A DNA stretch of 64,000 bases. It comes from a virus (taxonomy: Duplodnaviria > Caudoviricetes). The notes beneath the pieces are model-generated. The model saw only the letters and a program-made list of their open reading frames with translations, was not told where the DNA came from and searched no databases. Position 1 is the first letter of the stretch. Every line of letters starts with the position of its first letter. A program made the position numbers and the translations under genes. Where the stretch lies: positions 107,854-171,853 of IMG/VR virus record IMGVR_UViG_2902759955_000002; one strand, written 5' to 3'. Positions 21,247 through 31,706 of the stretch are shown here, in pieces.

Positions 21247-22890
21247 TTACCGCTTGCGTCGCGTATCTTCACTGTATCGATCGAGCATCGGCGCGAGGCG
21301 TGGGTCGCGTAGCACCAGGCCGGAGTGATCGAGCTTCAGGCGCTGGTTGATCCGGGAGCCGCCGGTCGGAGCGGACTTCGGCAGATTGCTGTAGCCACCC
21401 ACTTCCGCGAACGAGACATGCAGGAACTGCGTCGGGTCGTTCAGGTTCGCGCGCTCTTTCAGGTTGCCCTGACGTGAGCTGCTGGACTGCGGCACGAGTA
21501 CGTTCGTGATCTTCAGCGCCTTGTTGTCGCCCGAGCTGGCAATTGTGGTCACCTCGTTGTGCTGCTTGGTGATACGGAAGATCAAGCCCGTGCTGATGGT
21601 CTTGTTCATCCGGTCCACGATGTCCTTCTCGGTCAGTTCCTTTTTGGAGGCTGCCTTGAGCTTGAAATACAGCTTGAAGATTTCGGTGGTGATGTCCTTC
21701 AGCACGAAGTAGAGGATGGACAACTCTTTGTCGTACATGCTGTTGACCTTGTCCGCCGCCACGAACAGCCAGTCGGTGATCTTCTCGATGATGATCCCGA
21801 AGAACTGATACAAGTCCGTGGCCGGGATGCCGATCTCGATGAACTTCTTGAGCACGAGGCTATCGATGTATTCGTCAAGCGATCGGATGTGATCTTCCAC
21901 ATCGTCCGCAAGACGCCCTTCCGGCAGGTTCCCTGAGAAGAGCACGTGACCCATCAGGATGATCCAGGTACGCGTGTTGTCCATGTACTGCGGCAACGTG
22001 TTGTTCACGTACTCCGGTTTCACGCGTGTCGGGAAATGGTCGACGACATAGAAGAGACCGGCGATCATATTTCTTACCATCGTGCGCTCGTAGTCGACTC
22101 GCTTCACAGCGATTCGCAACGTCGAGGGCTCGTACAAACCACGGCCGAATCCCTTCGGCTTCACCTGTGTGCTGCTGCAGACGACCCATTGATCGGACGG
22201 GTACGTGTCTTCGTTGATTTCCTTGCCGCCCAGGATAGGGGTGCACTGGGCAAACATCTCGAAGGTTTTCATCAGCCCGTACTTACAGAACAGGTAATGC
22301 ACCATGGTCGAATGCGCGCGCACCGTCGGCTTGATCTTCCGCATCTTGGCCGACTTGTGATAAATCATGGCCCACGCAACGTTCGCCTGTTCCCGATGAC
22401 CGTTCACATTGAAGTTCTGCGTGACCCGCTCGAACGTCAGCACGTCGCGTAACAACCGTACGAACACGGTATCGGTGCCCACGCTAATCACACGGTCGGA
22501 GAGGACCGGCGAAATAAAGAAGCGCGAACCACTAATCGTGATCGAGCCTGCCTCCGATACGAAGGGCAGGTACATGTACCGCACAATCTCCTTGCCCTTG
22601 AAGTTGAAGAAATACTTCACCATGTAGAGGTAGGACACAGCGACATCGAACATGCGCTTGTTATTCCCCTTCTTGCGAGATGCCTCGTTGAGTTCCTCCA
22701 TCGGCGTGCATCGTCGCCAGCCGGCATAGGTCAGTCCTTCCGGAAAGCCACGCGCTGCCGAACGAAACACCGAATCGATGTAGTTCAGCACTTCCGCTTC
22801 TTGAAGATGAGTGACAGCGAGACCATTTGCAATCAATGGGTTTAACTGCGCGCAATTGACATCGATGAGCCGCTCGATTTCGTGATCCAC
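21247..22890 (-). CDS. Non-virion multisubunit RNA polymerase, beta subunit N-terminal part (phiKZ gp123-like)
   Basis: YMYLPFV..AG.ITISGS.F.ISPVLSDRVIS, HYLFCKYG and LH.S.AEVG......K..P.G..RIN; synteny with MCP and DnaB. Confidence 0.8.
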   Translation of the reverse strand: MDHEIERLIDVNCAQLNPLIANGLAVTHLQEAEVLNYIDSVFRSAARGFPEGLTYAGWRRCTPMEELNEASRKKGNNKRMFDVAVSYLYMVKYFFNFKGKEIVRYMYLPFVSEAGSITISGSRFFISPVLSDRVISVGTDTVFVRLLRDVLTFERVTQNFNVNGHREQANVAWAMIYHKSAKMRKIKPTVRAHSTMVHYLFCKYGLMKTFEMFAQCTPILGGKEINEDTYPSDQWVVCSSTQVKPKGFGRGLYEPSTLRIAVKRVDYERTMVRNMIAGLFYVVDHFPTRVKPEYVNNTLPQYMDNTRTWIILMGHVLFSGNLPEGRLADDVEDHIRSLDEYIDSLVLKKFIEIGIPATDLYQFFGIIIEKITDWLFVAADKVNSMYDKELSILYFVLKDITTEIFKLYFKLKAASKKELTEKDIVDRMNKTISTGLIFRITKQHNEVTTIASSGDNKALKITNVLVPQSSSSRQGNLKERANLNDPTQFLHVSFAEVGGYSNLPKSAPTGGSRINQRLKLDHSGLVLRDPRLAPMLDRYSEDTRRKR

Positions 22891-22927
22891 AGTTGCTACT
22901 TCCTTAGATGTTGTTCAGGTCTTTGTT

Positions 22928-24121
22928 TCATTTTTTGTTTGCGCTACTGGAGTTCATCTGAGCCGTCTTGTACGCGAGGTACGCCACGCCCAGTGCGCCC
23001 AGAATGGCCGGCAACTGTTTCAGCCATTCCGAGGTCTCCTTTGCTTCTTTCTTACGTTCCTGGGTGGCCTTCGCATCGAGCATGAGGCGCTCGTAGTGGG
23101 CTTTCATGCGGTCGAGTTCCATCTTTGCCCGAAAGGCTTCCTCCGCGAAGGCGGCTTGGGCACGCTCTAGCGCCTGCTGGATCCGCGTTTTCTCGACTTC
23201 CCACTCATGCTGTTCGCGCATCTGCGCCTGCTTAGCTTCAGCAAGTTCGCCCTTTGCTTTCAGGAGCGATTCTTCTTTGGCGAGGAGTTCCTGCTTGCGC
23301 TTTGTCTCTCCATCGCCACAGTGTTCCGCCTCTACGTAAGTTTTGTACAACTCCAGGATGTCGTCGGCCTCTTCCAAGGTGTAGCGATGCCAACCCACAG
23401 TCGAGGGCAGTCGCGTGTTTTCAAAGGGTTTGTTCCGGATTACCCAGACGCCATCCTCACGGGTGGCATCCGGAGTCGCAGAGATGCGATAGATGCTCCC
23501 GTTACGGTTGATAAAGCGGTCCCCGAACCGGCCCGCGTTATCAACGATCTTGATGGCCTCGTTGAAGGCTTCCCGCTCACCTCGCGCGACACTCTGGTCG
23601 AGTAAGGCCAGTGCGCGCCCCATTTCACTGAAAGGGTGCGGCCCAGCCTCGATACCGCGGAAGGTTGAGACGACGATATCGTGGTGATGGTCATAAATCT
23701 CGAACTTATGCTGGCGTAACTCCTCGTGGGTAATGGTCTCCTCTGTGCGAAACAGCATGTGCTGCTCAAGAGGGCCGAGCTGATGTTGGGTAACAATTTC
23801 CCGTAGGTCCCGAATCTGCTTCGATTCGTTTTCCCGTACCATCTTGATCCAGTTGATAAACGCCTGATGCATGGATCGGTGCACACGCCAGTCCGTGCGG
23901 ATGACGAACGCCGAGCGCATCGGATCAGGGATCGAAGGAAATTCCCACTGCAACCCGTTACGTTCTATGACAGTAACGACGCATGGCAGGAAGTTGAAGT
24001 ACCGGGTTCGGACCTCGAGAAGATCGTCGCGCTGGTTGGCACTCAGGTGTGCGAGGCCGAGCTGCGTGATCTCTACCCGCCCGTAATGAGCATCGGGTAG
24101 GAAGTGGTCCATCACGTTCAT
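22928..24121 (-). CDS. Conserved hypothetical coiled-coil protein with a C-terminal membrane anchor
   Basis: 397 aa; E/K-rich coil then LPAILGALGVAYLAY; lies between MCP and the RNAP gene. Confidence 0.7.
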   Translation of the reverse strand: MNVMDHFLPDAHYGRVEITQLGLAHLSANQRDDLLEVRTRYFNFLPCVVTVIERNGLQWEFPSIPDPMRSAFVIRTDWRVHRSMHQAFINWIKMVRENESKQIRDLREIVTQHQLGPLEQHMLFRTEETITHEELRQHKFEIYDHHHDIVVSTFRGIEAGPHPFSEMGRALALLDQSVARGEREAFNEAIKIVDNAGRFGDRFINRNGSIYRISATPDATREDGVWVIRNKPFENTRLPSTVGWHRYTLEEADDILELYKTYVEAEHCGDGETKRKQELLAKEESLLKAKGELAEAKQAQMREQHEWEVEKTRIQQALERAQAAFAEEAFRAKMELDRMKAHYERLMLDAKATQERKKEAKETSEWLKQLPAILGALGVAYLAYKTAQMNSSSANKK

Positions 24122-24248
24122 ACGTACCGTCCATTTTCATTGCGAGCGAAATGGATCGCTTGAAAATCATGACTTTACCGAGTCAACTAATCGTCAAACC
24201 GCATCGCCTCCAAAGTTTCATCGTCAGGGATCGATCCCTTTTTACTGC

Positions 24249-24264
24249 TCATTACGATGATATA
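24249..24264 (-). promoter_or_regulatory. Phage (early-type) promoter motif
   Basis: Minus strand TATATCAT-CGTAA-TGA; one of six copies; resembles the phiKZ early core TATATTAC. Confidence 0.6.
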
Positions 24265-24450
24265 TGTCTCAAACTGGATTGACGGTTTGTCAAGAGGCGA
24301 TAAATAAAACAGATGGCATAAAAGCCCACTTGAGATACCCCGGAGGGCATCCCAAGCAGGCTTTCATCCCAGGGTACAACTCTCTCCCCACTGTCAACGC
24401 TTGGCAGAGACAGGTTTTCACCCGCTCTGCTATCGCGTCGAACCCGTCGA

Positions 24451-26727
24451 TTAAACGGTGTGGAAGTCGACCGGCACCTTGTTGTAGGCGATGTTGCTGA
24501 TGCCCGTCACGTTGATCACGCCCAGCACCGGCAGGTTCGTCACGTGCAGGTACGACGGCTGCACGGTCAGTTCCTTCGATTGCGCGCCGTTACGGATCAT
24601 CGGCAGCACGACGGTCATTTCCGGCTTCCACGCCATGTTGCCGAAGTGCAGCGGATTGGGCACACCAGCGCGTTCGGCCGAGAAGTCACCGAACGACAGG
24701 ACGATCTTGCCGCTCATGCGCTTGTTCAGCGTCGAGACGATCTTCACGTCGAACTGACCACCCAGCGTGCGCAGGTCGCCCGTCACCATCAGGTAACGTG
24801 CGATGTACGGATCGGTACCGATGATGACCGTCGGAACCGGAGCCACGCCACCAGCCAGTGCGTCAGCACCTGCCTTGTAGCCCGACTGCACGTACAGCGT
24901 GTACGAGATGTCGCGCAGCGCGTTCACCAGGGTAGCCTGGATGTCCGCAGCACGTTGATGCGCCGACAGCGAGTCGGTTTGCGTATCGACGGCCAGATCC
25001 TTCTCGATGTAGGCCGGCTGGATCACGAAGCGCGACACACCCATGATCTGCGGCGTGTCTTGCGGATCGTTCGGTGCGGCCAGCGTGTTCAGCGCGCTGG
25101 TCGTTTCCGCCAACAGGTCTTGCACGCGCAGCAGCTCGTCGACCGCGCTGTTCGACGTACGGATACGCGTCGTCGTGATCAGGGCTGCCAGATCGCTCGA
25201 GTCGTTTGCATCACCAACTGCCATCGGACGCGGGATCGTGATCGGAGCCAACAGCGGCACCGTGTAGATCTGGTTGTAGTAGTTGGTGTTCAACAGCTGA
25301 CCGCGTTGACGGCGGTTGGTGTTCGTGCGACGTGCATCGAGGTCGTAGCCGATCACGACAGCGCCGTCGAAGAGGGCAGCCAGCGTTGCAGCGGTACCCG
25401 AGCTCGTGTCCAGCGCGCTGTCCGAGCTGTTCTTCAGCGACGTCAGCGAGACGCTCGAAGCGTTGATTTCGGTGTTACCCAATTCGAGGTTCACCGAACC
25501 GAACATCGACAGACCGATGCGCGCTTCGTAACCACCCGTGACGATCGGCGCCAAGATTGCCGAAGCCGCACCGTCGGCCTGCAGGGTGTTCGGACCAACC
25601 AGCAGCGTGTCGGTCTTGTACTGCAGGTTCATCTGACGGTAGACGTCTTGAACTGCGTAGTTGAACGTCGCCAGCGGCAGGTTCTTCGTGTTGAACTTCA
25701 CGACTTCGGTCGTCGTCACGTCGTTGACCGTCTGCGTGAACTGCACGTACACAGCCGCCAACGCGAGTTGCGTGTCGATTGCATCGGTGATGTCCAGCAA
25801 GCCGGTTTCCAGCAACGCTTCCGTTTGCGAGATCGCGAGCAGCGAGAACTTCGCGCCGACCTTCAACGGTGCGGTCGTGACCGACGTGTCGTCCGACAGC
25901 AATTCAGCGTACGGCTCGACAGCCGACGAGGACACGAAGTACTTCGCGCTTTCGTCACGCACGACCGGGATGATCTTCGTCTGGTCGTTGCGCAGGATCG
26001 TCGGATCGATCACGGCTTGCACGATGTTGCGACGGTCGAAGTTCTTCGTCGGGTCGCCCGAGATCGGACGCTTCGGTTCGTTGTACGCTTCGATCAGGCG
26101 GATCGACACCGTGTAACCCACTTGGTCCGGTGTGACCACGACTGTCGGATAGAACGCTTCGCCGAATTCATCCTGGCGTGCGGCGTTCAGGTTGTACGCG
26201 ACGGAATACACCACCGCGTTCTTGTTTTCCTTCTCGTCGTACGCTTCCAGCGCGGGCTTGACGCGCTCGAACATACGGTCTGCGCCGGTTTGCGGCGTGA
26301 TGAACTGCATGCCTTCAACCGAGACACGGTCGTGCTTGACCGGTGCCTTCAGGTAGCCGGGAATGTCGCCCGTGATGGCGGCCATCGCGGTGGCCGCTGC
26401 CAATTGCGCGTCGGTGTACACCGGGTCGAACTTCGCACCGTGTGCGCCGTCGTGTTGACCTTCGACAGCGATGTGACGAGGTGCATGTTCCTTCACGATG
26501 CTGGCCAGTGCGCTGTGCAAATTCACAACGGACGAATCCAGATCTTGCTGCAGCATCGGGTCGATCGACTCGAGCGACCATGCGGCGCGCGATACCGAAT
26601 CGGACACGAACGTGCCGCCTGCGTTGCGGCTCGTTTCTTCGCGCAGGGAGGCTACGACCTTATCCAGGATCGTCGCCGGCTGAGCCCCGATACGGCTTTT
26701 GTTTTGGAACAGGGAAGGGGTGGTCAT
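24451..26727 (-). CDS. Major capsid protein (phiKZ gp120-like)
   Basis: PALEAYDEKE cleavage-like site; YN..AARQDEFGEAFYPTVV, RRTNTNRRQRGQL and LHFGNM.WKPE; strongly biased codons. Confidence 0.88.
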   Translation of the reverse strand: MTTPSLFQNKSRIGAQPATILDKVVASLREETSRNAGGTFVSDSVSRAAWSLESIDPMLQQDLDSSVVNLHSALASIVKEHAPRHIAVEGQHDGAHGAKFDPVYTDAQLAAATAMAAITGDIPGYLKAPVKHDRVSVEGMQFITPQTGADRMFERVKPALEAYDEKENKNAVVYSVAYNLNAARQDEFGEAFYPTVVVTPDQVGYTVSIRLIEAYNEPKRPISGDPTKNFDRRNIVQAVIDPTILRNDQTKIIPVVRDESAKYFVSSSAVEPYAELLSDDTSVTTAPLKVGAKFSLLAISQTEALLETGLLDITDAIDTQLALAAVYVQFTQTVNDVTTTEVVKFNTKNLPLATFNYAVQDVYRQMNLQYKTDTLLVGPNTLQADGAASAILAPIVTGGYEARIGLSMFGSVNLELGNTEINASSVSLTSLKNSSDSALDTSSGTAATLAALFDGAVVIGYDLDARRTNTNRRQRGQLLNTNYYNQIYTVPLLAPITIPRPMAVGDANDSSDLAALITTTRIRTSNSAVDELLRVQDLLAETTSALNTLAAPNDPQDTPQIMGVSRFVIQPAYIEKDLAVDTQTDSLSAHQRAADIQATLVNALRDISYTLYVQSGYKAGADALAGGVAPVPTVIIGTDPYIARYLMVTGDLRTLGGQFDVKIVSTLNKRMSGKIVLSFGDFSAERAGVPNPLHFGNMAWKPEMTVVLPMIRNGAQSKELTVQPSYLHVTNLPVLGVINVTGISNIAYNKVPVDFHTV

Positions 26728-26783
26728 GAGCAATCCTAACCTTAACAGTGGAAAAAGAGAGTTACTGGCGGGACCAGTGAGGC

Positions 26784-27377
26784 TCAAACTGTCAGCTGTT
26801 TGGCAGACAACAATCCGAGATAACGCTTAAACAGAGGCGTCGACGACACCTCGTGGCATGCGCTGTACGCATACAATACCTTTAGGATTGCTACGGTTAA
26901 GGCCGTGCGATACCCATCGGCACCGGCTTCTTCAGTGAAGAAACCAGGGTTCACCACGACGCCTACTGCTTCACGCGTGATGTCATAGATATAAAAGGGT
27001 TCTTTGTGGTGCGGGAGGCGCGACTCCGGTGAGAACAGCCGCGCGCGCAACTCTTCGTCGAAGGTAGGATTTTCCAGCAGCGGGAGAATAGTTTGCGAGA
27101 GGAACGTTTTGTTCTGACCTTGCGCGCTGTTCAACCACGCATCCAACAGATAGAGGCTCCACGTTCCGTGGGGTTCTCCCACCATTCGCCCCATCAACAC
27201 CTGCGCGCTTAAAAAGCAGAGCAGGTCATTGGTGCTGGATACCGGGCGCAATTGCTCAAAGTCGAGACAGGCGGACAAAGGAAGCTTGTGGCGAGCGAGT
27301 GTCTCATGCACCCAATAAGGGATGAGCATCACCTGCTTGAGTGGACGGGCAGCGGACACGAATCTTTGCTCCAGCAA
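26784..27377 (-). CDS. Conserved hypothetical protein upstream of MCP (start uncertain, possibly 27329)
   Basis: Open frame of up to 197 aa between DnaB and MCP, as in phiKZ-like genomes. Confidence 0.55.
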   Translation of the reverse strand: MLEQRFVSAARPLKQVMLIPYWVHETLARHKLPLSACLDFEQLRPVSSTNDLLCFLSAQVLMGRMVGEPHGTWSLYLLDAWLNSAQGQNKTFLSQTILPLLENPTFDEELRARLFSPESRLPHHKEPFYIYDITREAVGVVVNPGFFTEEAGADGYRTALTVAILKVLYAYSACHEVSSTPLFKRYLGLLSAKQLTV

Positions 27378-27457
27378 TAAGGGAAGGAAGTAATAAAAAG
27401 AAAACGACGTTTTCTTCTATGTCCCGAGAAATCAAATTCTTCACACTATTTATCAAG

Positions 27458-28663
27458 ATGAACCACAAACTGCTGCTGGTGAAGTGCATTACGCTCCTGT
27501 TCCGTGAGAGCCAGCTGCCGGGGGGTCATGAGAATTCCGCCACCTTGGTGCGCAACGTCATTGCGAATATCAAGGAAGCTCAGATCTCTATCGGTCTGGA
27601 TCACGAACGCGAAGTCACCATCGCACTCAAGAAAATGGCGATCACCATGTGTGAGACGCCCCCTGATCACGAACACGATGTGGACGAAGCGCTGCAGCAA
27701 CTGAAAGTTGCGTGCGGCGAGGATGAAACGCTTTTTGATTCGTTTCGCGAAGGGATCGAAAAGGAACTGACTGAAAACCGCACGAAGAAGATGGCGCTGA
27801 ATCTGCGCCGCTCTTTGAACGAGTATTTCCGCGAGGAGAAGATCCAGGAGATCATCTTCAACGCGTCGAACAAGCTGCGCTTTAACCGCGGGCAGGTCAT
27901 GAACATGAAACAGTTCGTGGCTGAAACCGTGGCGCTTCTCGAGCCGTATCAGGTCGACAGCGAAACGAAGGATCCGGCGATTGTCGCTTCGGTCAATCTC
28001 GCCATGGCCGAAGAGGTCAAAACGATCTTCAAGAATGTGCAGAAGGCCGAGCAGGGCGGGGGGATTCTGCGCACGGGATGGCAAGGCGTGAACCGCATGT
28101 GGCGGGGTGGCTTTCGCCGAGGTCAAGAAGTGGTGATCGGCGCGCTGCAGCACAACTTCAAAACCGGCTTCTCGCTCGGGGCCTTTATCGGCGTGGCACT
28201 TTTCAACACGCCCGAGACAGCATTCCCGGAAATCCTCACACCGAAGAAGCCGCTGCTCTATCGGGTCTCCTTCGAAGACGACCTCGAGCTGAACTTCCAG
28301 TACATGTACGAAGTGCTCATGGCCTACGACGGGCGTGAGAACGAGATTGTCGTCAAGACGAAGGAAGACTTCGAGGCGATGACCGCCGAAGAGCTCGAAG
28401 GCTATATCGACAAGATCTCGGCGTACGTGATGGAGCGCATGCGCGTCAATGGCTTCGAAGTGATCATGGAGCGCGTGAATCCGTCGAACTGGACGTACAT
28501 GCATCTGTGCAATCGGATGCTCGAACTCGAATCCGACGGCTACGAAGTGTTCATGTGCATGGCGGATTACCTACCCATGTTGCCGACCACGGGCTGTCTG
28601 CAAGGTCCGGCCGGCACGGACATGCAGGACATGTACCGTCGTATCCGTAACTTCATGTCGGCT
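27458..28663 (+). CDS. dnaB: DnaB-like replicative helicase, exon 1
   Basis: LRTGWQGVNRM..GGFRRG, variant Walker A GALQHNFKT, SFED, Walker B ADYL; frame stops at the TAA that begins the intron. Confidence 0.85.
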
Positions 28664-29043
28664 TAAAGTAATTTGAAAAACTTGTCAAGGGATTCGAATT
28701 CCAGGCCCTCGTGTAGGAAACTACACAAGTAAAACTCTTTGAATTGACGGGAAACCCCTGAGAGCTCTTCCTACCAAACGCATGGAGCAATTCATGCGCG
28801 GCCAGCGTAATGACCTGGGTACGGTAACAAAGGAAGAGATTGGGCAATCCGCAGCGAAGCTTCTCTGTGAGAAGAACGTTCAACGACTATGGCGTGACTG
28901 CCAGTACCGAGCAAGCGCTTGGGAAGTGAAGAGCACCTGACCGGCCACTGCCGAAGGTGAAGATATAGTCTGCTCCATTGGGAAAGCCAATGGCGGGTGT
29001 CATCGCACACCGGCTCCGTCTAGCGAACGGAGTGGACAACAGG
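28664..29043 (+). ncRNA. Group I self-splicing intron (IA-like, no homing endonuclease)
   Basis: P AATTGACGGG 28742, Q AATCCGCAGC 28846, R GTTCAACGACTA 28878, S AAGATATAGTC 28960; 5' exon ends in U and the intron ends in G; splicing restores NFMSA|KKIAFPTPHQLS. Confidence 0.9.
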
Positions 29044-29421
29044 AAGAAGATCGCGTTCCCGACCCCGCACCAGCTCTCGACCGACGCCAAGCAGATGATC
29101 CGCGATGGCAAGAGCGACTTCGTCAAGGAGTTGCCGGGTAAGGGCTATTACAAGGGCTGCAAGCAGATTGATCAAGAGGTTGATCTGGAGACGTATATCC
29201 ACATCGAGAAATCGAACAACGAATCGTTCCTGACGATCCAGCGGGGCAAGCATCGGCTTATCGGTCAGACCAACCCGAAGGATCTCTACTGCGTGCTGCC
29301 TTTCACGAAGTACGGTTTGGCGTTTGATGTGGATCGTGCCGACACCACGCGCAAGAAGGTGGGCGGCGGTCCGATCGGCAGCAACGAAGAAACCCCGTTC
29401 TGGGAAACGATGGAAGCGTAA
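29044..29421 (+). CDS. dnaB: DnaB-like replicative helicase, exon 2
   Basis: TPHQLS, IDQEVD and LTIQRGKHR helicase C-terminal motifs, in frame after splicing. Confidence 0.85.
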   Translation, partial: KKIAFPTPHQLSTDAKQMIRDGKSDFVKELPGKGYYKGCKQIDQEVDLETYIHIEKSNNESFLTIQRGKHRLIGQTNPKDLYCVLPFTKYGLAFDVDRADTTRKKVGGGPIGSNEETPFWETMEA

Positions 29422-29566
29422 CGCGGCTCCGGGTCGCGAACTAATCTTGTGTAACAAACGCCCGCCAGTAACACCGGGTCTGCTCAGGAACCCTGGCTCC
29501 ACGAGGGTGTCCTGAGCCGTTCCTTTATGCAGTCTCCTTACCCTCCACCCCGTCGGCGCAAAAAAA

Positions 29567-30769
29567 ATGAATACCGCCCCTACTTTTGACGTCCCTGCTT
29601 ACAACGAAACCGATAACGACGCCCTGAGCACGGAGCTGTCGCACTTCGTCCTGGATCACGCTGATCATGAGCACAGCGTTCAGCTAATCGGCGAGATCGA
29701 CGAATACCACACCCATGTCCTGCGGGCAGAGTCCGAGCTTCACCAGCTCCTCGTGCCGGCACTGGAGTCGGATGGCCAGACGATCGCGCGGGAAAACTTC
29801 ATCGATACGCTGGGCGAGTACTGGCAGAAATTCCTGGCTTTTCTCAAGCAGCTTTGGGAGAAGATCGTCCAGTTCTGCATGCTCCACTTCACGATCCTCG
29901 GCCGCCGCCAGCTGTACGTGAAGCGCATGATCAAGCAGGTCAAGTCGCTCAGTACGAACCCCGAGGTCTACCAGCGGCTCCAAAAACAGGGCGATTTCAC
30001 GATCGACGAAACCGCGGCGAAGTACTTCTGCTTCGAAGGCCACTACTGTTCGAACTTTGGTGAGCTCCAGCACGCGCTCGCCAAGACGGGGGAAGTCGTC
30101 ACGTTCCTGACGGGCGACTATCCGAAGCGGGTCATCGCCTGTGGTGCGAAGATTGAAAACGCGATCCGCAGCGCCACGGTCGAAAACGCCAACGAGACGA
30201 TGCAACAGCTCAAGGGCGAGCTGACTCGTATCGGCTATCACCGGATCGATGCCGGGATGCTGGGTGATGTGAGGGTGCGCTCCGGTTATACGGAGAACGA
30301 GCAGGGCGAAGATGCGAAGCTGACCGGACGGCAGGTGGTCTTCACACAGGGCGACGCAAAAATCACGGGTGCCAGTTTCAAGCCCATGACGATCGAAGAG
30401 CTTGCCCGCATCTTCACGTCGATGGATCTGATGCTTGCCCAGATCGATACCTTCAAGGGCGGACTGTACAAGGAAGTCGTCCAGCACTCCAGCTCGATGA
30501 TTTCGGCCACGGACAAGTTCGTGAACATCGTCACGTCCTATCTGAAGTCGAACAAGTCGGAAGATGGGCAGCCCGGCAACGCCACGACGTACCGCGAGAT
30601 CATGGGCCTGAACCGTCAGTATTTGAGTTGGGTGAAGGTGCCCCTAACCGATCTCATCACCAATCTCACCGCTATCTGTCACGGCGTGAGCACGGGGATG
30701 GAAAAGAACATTCAGATGTACGCCCCCGAGCCCGCACAAAACCTCTTCACGGTCATCGGCATTGTCTGA
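29567..30769 (+). CDS. Internal head (inner-body-type) protein
   Basis: Acidic propeptide, PALES site, then amphipathic W.KFLAFLKQLWEKI helix. Confidence 0.7.
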   Translation: MNTAPTFDVPAYNETDNDALSTELSHFVLDHADHEHSVQLIGEIDEYHTHVLRAESELHQLLVPALESDGQTIARENFIDTLGEYWQKFLAFLKQLWEKIVQFCMLHFTILGRRQLYVKRMIKQVKSLSTNPEVYQRLQKQGDFTIDETAAKYFCFEGHYCSNFGELQHALAKTGEVVTFLTGDYPKRVIACGAKIENAIRSATVENANETMQQLKGELTRIGYHRIDAGMLGDVRVRSGYTENEQGEDAKLTGRQVVFTQGDAKITGASFKPMTIEELARIFTSMDLMLAQIDTFKGGLYKEVVQHSSSMISATDKFVNIVTSYLKSNKSEDGQPGNATTYREIMGLNRQYLSWVKVPLTDLITNLTAICHGVSTGMEKNIQMYAPEPAQNLFTVIGIV

Positions 30770-30787
30770 CGCCTTCAGAACAAAGGA

Positions 30788-31465
30788 ATGAAAATGTCTC
30801 GTTCATTACTGGGCTTCGCCCTCTCTTCCATTGCGCTGGAGGAGGTCATCAATGGTCGTCAGGCCAGCACGCACTTCACCGATGATTCGGTTCTGGCCGG
30901 CTCAGGCGGTGCCTGTGTTTTTGTCTTCTCGCAGATGTGCAAGCTTCGGTGCGGCGTCTTCCTCCGTGAACACAAGGACGGTATCCAGCAGGCGCGGGAA
31001 AGCAACAATCCCGGTCTCGTGAAGGAAATCGGACAGGTGATCAAGACGCCTGCCGACACCTACCTGATGCTCTTCAGCAACGAGCTTCGCTCACGCCTGG
31101 ATGCGGCCGAATTTGAAGCTGTCTATCAGCACGAGTGCGGACACATCTACCATCGCCACCTCGAGCAACGCCAGCAAGGTACGTACGACGAGTTCATTTC
31201 GCGCGAGCTGGAGGCGGATGCACATGCCGTCAAGACGGTGGACCCGGGCGTGATGATGTCGGGGCTGGAAAAGGCGCTCACATTCGGCACGGAGCAGCAG
31301 GTGTTGTGGTCCCAGGGCACGTCGAACTCTTTCATCCGCAAGCTCTTCGATAGTGACATTATCGACGCGCTCACGTTCAAGACCGTTTATGCGATGAACA
31401 AGGCGGCGCACATCCGTCGGTTCAAGACGCTTGAAGCCTTGAAGAAGCAAAAAAATAAGGAATAG
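30788..31465 (+). CDS. HExxH zinc metallopeptidase-like protein, probably virion-packaged
   Basis: AVYQHECGH...RELEADAHA (M48-like pattern); N-terminal IALEE. Confidence 0.65.
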   Translation: MKMSRSLLGFALSSIALEEVINGRQASTHFTDDSVLAGSGGACVFVFSQMCKLRCGVFLREHKDGIQQARESNNPGLVKEIGQVIKTPADTYLMLFSNELRSRLDAAEFEAVYQHECGHIYHRHLEQRQQGTYDEFISRELEADAHAVKTVDPGVMMSGLEKALTFGTEQQVLWSQGTSNSFIRKLFDSDIIDALTFKTVYAMNKAAHIRRFKTLEALKKQKNKE

Positions 31466-31670
31466 CGCAGTGCGGGGATATCCCCCCGCGCCGCGATGTC
31501 ATTCCTTATCGTCACTCTCTTCCTTCCTTTTTTCTGCCGGCTCTGCATGGTCGCCCGTTTCCGGGTTTTGCACGATGTAGTCCGGTCTGAAACCCAACGA
31601 CTTTTGATACTGGAACCACCTTTCAAGTAGTAACGCTTTGAGGGACATGATCCGACTCCGGTGAGGTTCA

Positions 31671-31686
31671 TCAACTTAGTGATATG
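31671..31686 (-). promoter_or_regulatory. Phage promoter motif copy
   Basis: Minus strand CATATCAC-TAAGT-TGA. Confidence 0.45.
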
Positions 31687-31706
31687 TATCTTCAAAAAGT
31701 TGAGAT

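Noticed and set aside
24460-26739. 759-aa plus-strand ORF antisense to the capsid gene (similar cases at 1667-3115, 34331-36421 and 16981-18162)
   Set aside because: Shadow ORFs caused by strong codon bias on the real coding strand; no motifs or RBS
28978-29043. TTG-started ORF 28978-29421 as an independent gene or intron-encoded endonuclease
   Set aside because: Its first 22 codons lie in the intron P9 hairpins and the remainder is helicase exon 2; no HNH, GIY-YIG or LAGLIDADG motif
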